Source: an uncultured Bacillales bacterium (GTDB lineage Bacteria > Bacillota_I > Bacilli_A > RFN20 > CAG-826). Taken from it: a stretch of 64,000 nt of DNA. The translations under genes and the position numbers were made by a program. The first letter of the stretch is position 1. Each line of letters starts with the position of its first letter. Under the pieces are notes generated by a model that did not search any database, had not been told where the DNA came from, and saw only the letters and a list, made by a program, of their open reading frames with translations. Below, piece after piece: positions 35,593 to 44,400 of the stretch. The stretch is taken from assembly GCA_903845135.1 (NCBI GenBank), contig CAIMWL010000025.1, positions 528 to 64,527 on the forward strand, read 5' to 3'.

Positions 35593-36203
35593 CGGGCTTT
35601 AATTTTGGTAATTAAGCGTTTATCTAATAAGCATTGCAATAACTTTGCCGCCGCTCTGCCCCGGTGAGAAATTGTATTTTTTTCTTCAATGCTCGCTTGC
35701 GAAAAGGGTTTCATTAATTCATCACTGAAAAAAATTGGATCATAGCCAAAGCCGTTGGGATGGTGATCAATGTCACGCGTGATTTTGCCAATGGTTGTGC
35801 CGACAAAGAAACGCATTTCTTTGTGAGGATATAAAATTACAATCGCACTGGTAAACTGAGCTTTTCGATTTTTATGAACGTGCATTAATCTTAAAATTTC
35901 CTTATTCTTTTCTTCGTAAGTTTTGTCCTCCAACCATCGAGAAGAATAAACTCCTGGAAAACCTTGAAGGGCATCAATTTGCAGACCGGAGTCATCTGCG
36001 ATGACGGTTTTATTGACATGTTGGCTAACTGCTTTTGCTTTTAATAAGGCATTTTCTAAAAATGTCCTACCTGTTTCTTTTGGCTTTAATTTTAGTTTAA
36101 GGTCATCTAAGGTCAAAAATGTAACGGTGTAGTCCTTAAAGAAAGTTCTGATTTCTTGAACTTTAGCTTGGTTATTCGTCGCGAGCACAATTTCGTAATT
36201 CAT
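35589..36203 (-). CDS. rdgB: Non-canonical purine NTP pyrophosphatase (RdgB/HAM1)
   Basis: Motifs LATNNQAKVQEI, ADDSGLQIDALQGFPGVYSSRW, FGYDPIF and SHRGRA. Confidence 0.92.
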   Translation of the reverse strand: MNYEIVLATNNQAKVQEIRTFFKDYTVTFLTLDDLKLKLKPKETGRTFLENALLKAKAVSQHVNKTVIADDSGLQIDALQGFPGVYSSRWLEDKTYEEKNKEILRLMHVHKNRKAQFTSAIVILYPHKEMRFFVGTTIGKITRDIDHHPNGFGYDPIFFSDELMKPFSQASIEEKNTISHRGRAAAKLLQCLLDKRLITKIKAR

Positions 36204-36228
36204 TATTAATATTTTACCAACTATTTAA

Positions 36229-36258
36229 GTAAAAAAAAAACAAGTTTCAACCTTGTTT
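36229..36258 (-). terminator. Weak rho-independent terminator after tRNA-Gly
   Basis: The minus strand reads AACAAG gttgaaa CTTGTT followed by T10. The stem is short and AT-rich. Confidence 0.4.
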
Positions 36259-36332
36259 TGGAGCAGGTGACGGGAATCGAACCCGCGTAATTAGCTTGGA
36301 AGGCTAATGTTCTACCACTGAACTACACCTGC
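36259..36332 (-). tRNA. tRNA-Gly (anticodon UCC)
   Basis: GCAGGTG-TA-GTTCAGTGGTAGAAC-A-TTAGC-CTTCCAA-GCTAA-TTACG-CGGGT-TCGATTC-CCGTC-ACCTGCT-CCA (74 nt). Confidence 0.9.
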
Positions 36333-36389
36333 AAGACAACGGGATTATCTTAACATAGAATCGTAGAGAAGAATATCCCGGTTATGGGT

Positions 36390-36701
36390 TTAACTATTGA
36401 CCAAGTTTTCCAGAGCATTCAAAGCATGAAAGCCAGGTTTTTTGTAGGTTTGTTTACCATTTGTAAACACCATCATGGTTGGAATTGACATAATCGCATG
36501 GGTTTCCGCTAAATCCACGTTTTGATCTACATTAACTTTGAGAATGATGACATCAGGTTTCTTTTTTGCAAAATCATCCAATACCGGTGCTTGCATCTTG
36601 CATGGACCGCACCAGTCAGCATAAAAATCGACGATCACTTTTCCTTTTGAATTCGTCAGGATTTCATTGAAATCTTTGGCGTTGATTATATTTCGAATCA
36701 T
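36390..36701 (-). CDS. trxA: Thioredoxin
   Basis: 103 aa with the WCGPCK active site. Confidence 0.95.
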   Translation of the reverse strand: MIRNIINAKDFNEILTNSKGKVIVDFYADWCGPCKMQAPVLDDFAKKKPDVIILKVNVDQNVDLAETHAIMSIPTMMVFTNGKQTYKKPGFHALNALENLVNS

Positions 36702-36724
36702 CTGTTGTTCCTCCTTAGATGAAT

Positions 36725-37585
36725 TTATAAACTCACAACATAATATATCGCATAGAGCACAACGAAGTGTAAAGGATAATATAAGTAACTAAACCATTGA
36801 AACCATTTTGGACTTGCCCCTTTTACGCCTCGATATTGGTAAATAAAATATGCAGCAAATACGGCATATGTCTGGGCTCCCACAAATCGATTCATGTAGT
36901 CAACCACAAGTCCTGAAAGATTGAATCCATCAATCAAAACAACACTTATTATATACCATAGAATGTGCATCGCGATAAGAACCACGCTCGCAAATTGGTA
37001 ACGCTTTTGTTCAATGGTGAGTTCCATTTTTCCTACTTTAAACCAATTGAGTTGATAGAAAAATTCAGGCAATTTTAAATATGAAAGGAAAAATAATAAC
37101 ATCATCATAAGTCCATATACACCATAATCAGCGCTAAGATAATTGGGAATTTGATCGTTAAAGCTTGTTATTAAAACATAACCAATGGGTAGTATCGCCA
37201 ATATACGCAAGGGAAATGATTTTTGTTTAAATAAATTCATCGCGAGCGCAGCCATTGTCAAATCGATGAAAATATTACCCGATAGAGCTTGGATGCCAAC
37301 TTCACCTAAAATAAACATCGACAACCCAATCAAAACACCCATGATGGCGAGTCGGCTAATGTATCGCCAAGGTTGTTTGGAACGAAAAATACCTTCGGCA
37401 ATCATAAATCCAAATAAAGGAAAAGCGAGTCTTCCAATTAATCTTGCCAGGAGATAAAGGGTGCTGATGGTTTGATTTTGACTAAATGGTAATAATACTA
37501 ATACGCCAAAATGATCCACTGTCATGGTGATAATCGCTAACCATTTTAATTGATATGCACTAAAACTTTTTGACTGGATATTCAT
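36725..37585 (-). CDS. TraX-family polytopic membrane protein
   Basis: YQLKWLAIITMTVDHFGVL is the TraX-type N-terminal signature. 286 aa and highly hydrophobic. Confidence 0.65.
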   Translation of the reverse strand: MNIQSKSFSAYQLKWLAIITMTVDHFGVLVLLPFSQNQTISTLYLLARLIGRLAFPLFGFMIAEGIFRSKQPWRYISRLAIMGVLIGLSMFILGEVGIQALSGNIFIDLTMAALAMNLFKQKSFPLRILAILPIGYVLITSFNDQIPNYLSADYGVYGLMMMLLFFLSYLKLPEFFYQLNWFKVGKMELTIEQKRYQFASVVLIAMHILWYIISVVLIDGFNLSGLVVDYMNRFVGAQTYAVFAAYFIYQYRGVKGASPKWFQWFSYLYYPLHFVVLYAIYYVVSL

Positions 37586-38349
37586 GATAAAGACCCAGAT
37601 GAGCTAATCATGCTTGCTTCCGCAATAATTGCTAATACTGAAAAGAGATTATTGATAATGTGAGTGGAAATGGCGACTTGTAAGCCAAATCGATCATAGA
37701 GAAAACAAAACCATGCTCCTGCAATTAAGTAAATGGGTAAGTTTAACAATTCATTGATGAGATTGGCTGCAGTGAAATCGAAATGAATAAAACCAAAAAT
37801 GATTAAGGTCAAAAGATAAGCCAAAAGTTTGTTTTTTTTCTCCAAATATTTGTAAATTCCTAATCGGTAAGTCCATTCTTCAACAATCGGTCCTAAAAAT
37901 CCGAATGTGAAAATTGATATGATTGGTGAATCTTGAACAAGCGCCACAATGGCACTTTGATTTTGATTATCCTCAAGGACAATACCAAGAAAATCATAAA
38001 CGGTGATAATGGCGAAAGAACTAAATAAAATCACAAAAGTAAAGGGAAATCCTAGAAGCCATTTTGAAGATTGGATTGCAGGTATAAATGACCGTTTTAA
38101 ATAAGGAAACAAAATCACAAAGCTAACCATAAAGATTGATAGATAAGTTAAAAAGTTGATAATTTGAAAAAATAGAGGGCTTTCTAAAAAAATAACTGCA
38201 TCATTTTGGTTGAAAAAGAATGGAACCATGATCGGGATAATGATGGCAAAAATCAACGCAAAAACCCATAATCCAAGCCACCCAAGAAAAAACAGCATTA
38301 ACGATTGATTATTGGTGGTGTCTTCATTTTTAACAAGATTATTTGTCAT
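37582..38349 (-). CDS. CPBP-family (CAAX/Abi) intramembrane glutamic protease
   Basis: Motifs GPIVEEWTYRLG (EExxxR), FGFIHF (FxxxH) and THIINN (HxxxN). ATGA overlap with the traX-like gene. ATG 38349 is preferred over 38394, which would sit inside the divergent promoter. An A9 tract immediately precedes ATG 38349. Confidence 0.8.
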   Translation of the reverse strand: MTNNLVKNEDTTNNQSLMLFFLGWLGLWVFALIFAIIIPIMVPFFFNQNDAVIFLESPLFFQIINFLTYLSIFMVSFVILFPYLKRSFIPAIQSSKWLLGFPFTFVILFSSFAIITVYDFLGIVLEDNQNQSAIVALVQDSPIISIFTFGFLGPIVEEWTYRLGIYKYLEKKNKLLAYLLTLIIFGFIHFDFTAANLINELLNLPIYLIAGAWFCFLYDRFGLQVAISTHIINNLFSVLAIIAEASMISSSGSLS

Positions 38350-38429
38350 CTTTTTTTTTCTATATCTTTTGATATGATAGCACACCAAAATCATATAAAA
38401 TGAAAGGGTAAGTCTCCTGGAGGTTTAAT

Positions 38430-41400
38430 ATGTTTTCAATTTTAAGTTTTGGCATTGATCCTACTCAAATTGCCCAGTATTTAGATTATGCATTGTATGG
38501 CATTTTTGGGATGGTTGCTTTAGGTTTTATTCTTGGATTTTTACGTGGGGTTTGGCGTGAAGGGTTTCGTTTACTTTTTGTTGGCGGACTGGTGATTGCT
38601 TCGGTCCTCTTCACTAGACAAATTGTAGATTTTGCCATGGACTACGATGTCTCAAGTATCGCCTCGAGTGCTGGATTTGGTTCCATCGCCTTAAATTTAA
38701 ATGGTGCTCCGATTATTGTTTCTGTGACAACGCCATATGAAACTATTTATGAAATTTTAGAACAAGCATTACTAGCATTTGGTTTCTTTATCACCCCTGC
38801 AATCGCTGATTTAATCATTGGTTTAACCTTAGTTTTGTTGAGATATTTAGTATTTATTGTGCTCGCCATCATTATTTTCTTACTTGGTGAAAGCGTTGCC
38901 GCTATTTTATATTTCATTCCTTTCCGATTCTTAATTCCTAGAAATGTCAGAAAAAAAATGAAAATGCGTCTATTGGGTGGTTTAGCTGGCGCCTTAAAAA
39001 TGGTATTAGTTTTGACAATGTTTCTTTCCCCTTTTACCTCTTTAGTTAACACGATTACCGGTTCCTTTAAAGATTTTGATGAGGAATACGGCGATCAAAT
39101 TGATGCAGAGCTTTACAACGAAATTATGACGTTTGTGAATGCCTACAATGACTCTACATTTGCCCAAACTTTATTCTCTTGGTCAATAACGGATGATGGT
39201 TTAAGTATTGATACCGCCTTGATGGATTATGTGACAGGTCAAGATTTAGATGCATATCGTTTAACGCTTGCCAATGAATTAGGTTCATTTGTTGATATTG
39301 CTGCAACTTTAATTGGTAGTGGCGCAGTTGATAGTACCTTTGCAACAATCGACACTTCGCTATTAATTACCGAAGATGTTGTGACAAATTTGATTACTTC
39401 GTTAACAGGGTCTGTCTTAATTATGAAGCTACTTCCGATTGCTGTGACCATCGGATTAAATCTAGATGAGGTCTCACCATTCTTAGATCCCGACTTAATT
39501 AATTTAGATGATTTAGTTTGGGAAGATGAGTTGAACTATATCGGTGATATTTTTACAGGCGTGATTCGTTCAGGTGTTTTGACGCCTATTTTAGCAGGAA
39601 ATACGGACACCTTAACGCTCATTAACACGATGTTTACGCCTACAGCAAAAGACGAAGTATTGATGATGCTCGAAACCCTAGATACCTCACCATTTCTTTC
39701 ACAGGTTATTCCTGCAGTACTTTATAAACTGGTGACAGATGAAATAAATGCCGGTGGACCAGCAGGTGGTATTGGTTTATCAACATTTTTACCAACAGCA
39801 TGGAGTGAATATGAATCACTTTCCTTTGGTTCTGAATTAAGCCTCATCTATGAATTAGTCTATGAATTAAATGAAGGCGTAGATGGGTTACTGGATGTGG
39901 TATTGCCTGCGAATCAAAATCAAGCACCATTGGGTAGAAAATTTGTTGATGAACCTACCCCAACGCTCATTGATTTATTAAAAGATAATTTTGATTTATT
40001 TGTTGAAGTACTGATTGGTGAAGTGGATGAAGATGGATTACCTATCAATAATGATCCTACGGAGGGCACCTCGATTAATCGGCGGGCTTTGTTGGATTCC
40101 AATCTCATCGTGAATGGGCTACCAACCATTGTCGAGGATTTATTATTACCAACCCTTACCAGTATCGCAGGGGAAACCTTTGATGATACCGAATTAAATA
40201 CGCTAATATCTGACTTTAATAGTGGCAGTCGAGGTGACATTCGCCTTGATTATAAAGGTGAATTTGCAGGGATTTTTAGTATTCTTGGTGCGGTATTAGA
40301 AAACGAAACCCTTATCAGTTTGATTCAACCGGAACCAGGTCAAGCCCTTGATATTTTAGCGCTCCTTGAAGATGGCGCATTTAGAAGTGGCTTAAAAGCA
40401 GATTTAATTCCTGCATTAGATCGCTCCCAAATTATTCTTACCGTGGTCCCAGGAATTCTAGAATCCACACTGACAGGTGCTGGTTTTGATGATTTCTTAA
40501 GTTTAATTTCGTTGACGACTGCTGATCTAAATTTTGAATTTGAAAGCTTATCCCGAGAATTAACGATTGTCGTGGATATGATGGGTTATGCATTTAATGT
40601 TTTAGATGCTAGTGCAGATTTATTAAATCAATTTCCTACCATTGCCTATGATTTAATTGGCTTACTCGACAATATTTACTACTCAGATATTATCAATCTC
40701 AACCCAACCACCAATAATAAGACCACCAACTTCAATCAAATTATTAAAGGCATTTTCTCTTTAGTTGAAGGCATTGGCATCGAAGAAACTGACATTGACA
40801 CCGGTTTTAATCGTGTTGGACCTTCTGGATTAGAAAATGGTTGGACTACCACCTTCATTGATACGAATGGTAACGATAAATTAGATGCATTAGACACCAT
40901 CTCATTTAGAGGTGAAAATTTCCATCTAATCAATTTCTTAAAAACTGCACTAGAATCTGGTTTGTTAGATATTTCTGGCGATATTTTTGCCGCACTTGAA
41001 GATTTAACGACTGGAAGTGAAGACATCGATGATCCAGACGTGGCCACATTATATAAAATCTTTGCCTATGCTGATCGTTCTGAAATCATCGCTGCAGCAT
41101 TTGGTGGCATTCTCGATAATTTATTTGGCACCACGGGTGGTTTATTGGATGCAGACTTAGGAACCTCCTTCAGGAATGTCACATCGTGGACAGAAGAAGG
41201 TTCAACTTTGATGTATCTAGTGAAACAATTAACCAATTTTGCTGATGGATTAGAAAATATTGATTTCTTAAATTCTGATGTTTCGATGATTGAAGAACTC
41301 TTGCAAGGCCTCGCCGCATCACAAATATTTATAAAACCTAACGGGGATTATGTCTTTCCAGATTTTTTATTAGATCAACTGACTGGCATCGCAGATTTGG

Positions 41401-44400
41401 CAAGTTATTTTGAAGACCCCGCTCCCTATCAATCCACATGGGATGATGATGCAACGGATAATTTCACTATTGTGACAGAAGATTTTTATGCCATTAGTAA
41501 TCAAGCGTCTACGAGAGCAAATTGGTACGGTGTTAAAGCCATGATTACCGATGGTAATGGTGACCCTATTCTCGATTTAAACGGTGATGTTCAATTTGAA
41601 TATGTAGGTGGTGAATTAGAAAACATCGTCGGGTTTATTTCAGAATTACAATCAGTCTCAATTAGTGATCTTACATCAGGCACTGGTTTAAGTGGCGAAA
41701 CGATATCGGATGTTTTGCTTGCTCTAAATAATGCTTCCTCTTTACGAGTGTTAGTCTATAACGTATATGATTCCATTTTTGGTGGCACCAATTTTGATAT
41801 TGGGTCTTTATCTTTATCGGACACGAATACATTTGTTTTCTTGGATTTAAATCAAGCAGGTAGGGCTGAACAAATTCAGGCTACCGCGGATTTATTAGAC
41901 ACCATCAGTGAAATGGGACTTGATGGCGGTGGTGCTTTTGACATTGCCAACTTTGATGAATCCACCATCTTAACCGTTGGTGATTTATTAACAATTTTGC
42001 ATGATGCTGCCTTATTTAACTCTTTTAAATTAGGACGTTCCCGTCTCAATGGTGATCTAACTGTATTTGAACAAGCTTATCAATTTTTACTGACGACGGC
42101 TACCCTTGATACCTTTATTTATGATGGTTTAACCGCTCCTCAACGGGAAGCGGCCCTCTACCAAGATATAGTTGCTTTAAATAATAATTTTGGAAATGAA
42201 ACCCCAGATGACTGGGATGGTGTGGATGGTGAAATTCAACGCTTTGTTGATATCATGGTGTCTTTTGTCAATACCGGTATTGATTTTGCCAATTTTGGTG
42301 GAGATGCAATCGGTGATTTATTAAATACCGAAGTTGGTCTAGGAAAAGTAGAAGATCTGTTATTATCGATGAACGAATCAACGATTATTTCACCTGCAAT
42401 CGGAAATTTATTTGGTAATGTATTTGATTCCGATGCCTTCAATATTGGCGGATTAACGATGTCAGATGCTAATACAGGATATTTTAATGCGGAACCCGTT
42501 AAGGCAAATCGGGCTACAGAAATCAGTTTAATTCTCGATATTTACTGGGATATCAATAGTATCGGTATCACCGGTGGTGCTGCTTTTTCTGCAGACTTAA
42601 TTGATCCAGTTTTATTTGATGCTTTACTCAACAAAATGCATGATTCTCGCGTCTTTAATTCGTTTAAATCTGGCAATACGTATTTATTGGATGATTTAAC
42701 CATCTTTGAACAAACGGTACGCATGATTCTGAATACCTCTACGCTTGATACTTTTATTTATGATGAACCAATTAATGCAAACCGATTATTATTACTCCAA
42801 GATGATATTGCTGAATTAGATAATAATTTTGGAACAAGTTTAACGGATGATGATTGGACTGGGAACAACGGTGAGATTAATCAAATCATCGGTATCCTTG
42901 AATCCTTTAAAGAAACCGATATCGATTTTGCAAATTTCGGTGGAGATGCTATTTCGGATTTACTTAGTACAGGTCCGGGATTAACCAAAGTTGAAAACCT
43001 ATTATTATCGATGAATTTATCGACTTTAGTCTCGCCTTCCATTGGCAATTTATTTGGTAATATCTTTGATTCCGATTCATTTAATATTAACGGTTTAACG
43101 ATGTCAGATTCTAATACTGGATACTTTAATCAAGAATCCGTTAAATTAAATCGAGCTCAAGAAATTTCACTCATCCTTGATATTTATAGTGATATTTCAT
43201 CGATTGGATTATCTGGTGGGGCGGCATTCACTAAAGATAAAATTGATCCATTATTGTTTGATCAATTATTAAATAATATGTACTTGTCCAAGGTGTTTAA
43301 TACATTTAAACTTGGTAATAGTTATCTGCTGAATGATTTAACCATTTTCGAACAAACAATTAGTATGATCCTCAATACTTCAACGATTGATACTTTTATA
43401 TACGATGGGGAAATCAATAGTGCAAGATTAATTCTTTTACGCGAAGATATTGAGCATTTAACGAATAGTTTTGCCAATCCAAGTATCAGTAATGATTGGT
43501 TGGGTAATACTGGGGAAATTGCAAACATAATTAATGTATTAGAAAAATTTAAAGCGTTAGATATTGCAGACTTTTCAAGTTTTTCTGGGGCTGGTTCCAG
43601 TGATGTATTGTCAGATTTAACCGAAACAGAAGCAGGCTTAGCTTCAGTTGAAAATTTATTATTTGCCATGAATAGTTCAGCGATTGTTTATCCTGCGATA
43701 CCCAATCTTTTTTCTAACATGTTAAATGCTGGTGCTATTGGCGGTTTAGATGTTGATTTTTCACTGGCCAATACTCGTTATCGTGGCAATCGCAATGATC
43801 CCAACAACCTCCAAGTTGGCAATCAATACTTGCCATACCAAGAATCAGAAATTTCAAACATCCTTGCCATCTTTAAGAATGTGAAAGATGTTGGTACTAA
43901 GCAATATGACAACTTAAACTTATTAACCAATGATGAAATTGATGATATGCAATTTTTATTAGAAGATTTACATGATTCCAATGTATTCCACCAGCAAGGA
44001 CCTAGTTCCGGATTAACGAGCGACTTAACTGTTTTTGAACAAATGGTGGTGATGATGATGAATCAAACCCGTGTTTCTGATTTAATTTATGACTTGAATA
44101 ATCCAAATCCAATTTATATTGGCGCATTTACCACTAAGGAAGAAAAAGCTGAATTCTTAGTTCTGAATTTTGCCACGCTATTTCCGGTAAATAATCTCAC
44201 CCACTTTACCTCAAGTTGGTTAAATACTGCAACTGAAAGCGGTGAATTAACTCGTTTCTTTACAATTTTTAAAGTATTAAAAGCAAACTTACCTGGCGTC
44301 GGTAACTTGGATGGTATCGATGTTGGGGCAATTTCACCCAATGGCATTAGTAATATTATGGCCGCATTAAATTATTCTTCGCTTGCCAGTGATGCAGTTC

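Noticed and set aside
38747-44347. Ten minus-strand ORFs of 60-115 aa in the track, lying inside the giant gene (38747-39052, 39154-39348, 39239-39451, 39920-40240, 40736-41047, 42236-42442, 42542-42724, 43322-43669, 44114-44347 and others).
   Set aside because: They lie entirely antisense to a long, repeat-supported, SD-preceded ORF. They have low-complexity S/K/P-rich translations typical of shadow frames of a D/N/L-rich gene. No RBS or promoter is evident.
41724-44366. Tandem repeats considered as a possible CRISPR array, satellite or mobile element.
   Set aside because: The period is ~640 nt, the repeats are in frame and divergent, there is no spacer/repeat architecture, and no cas or transposase genes are present. 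They are protein-coding domain repeats.
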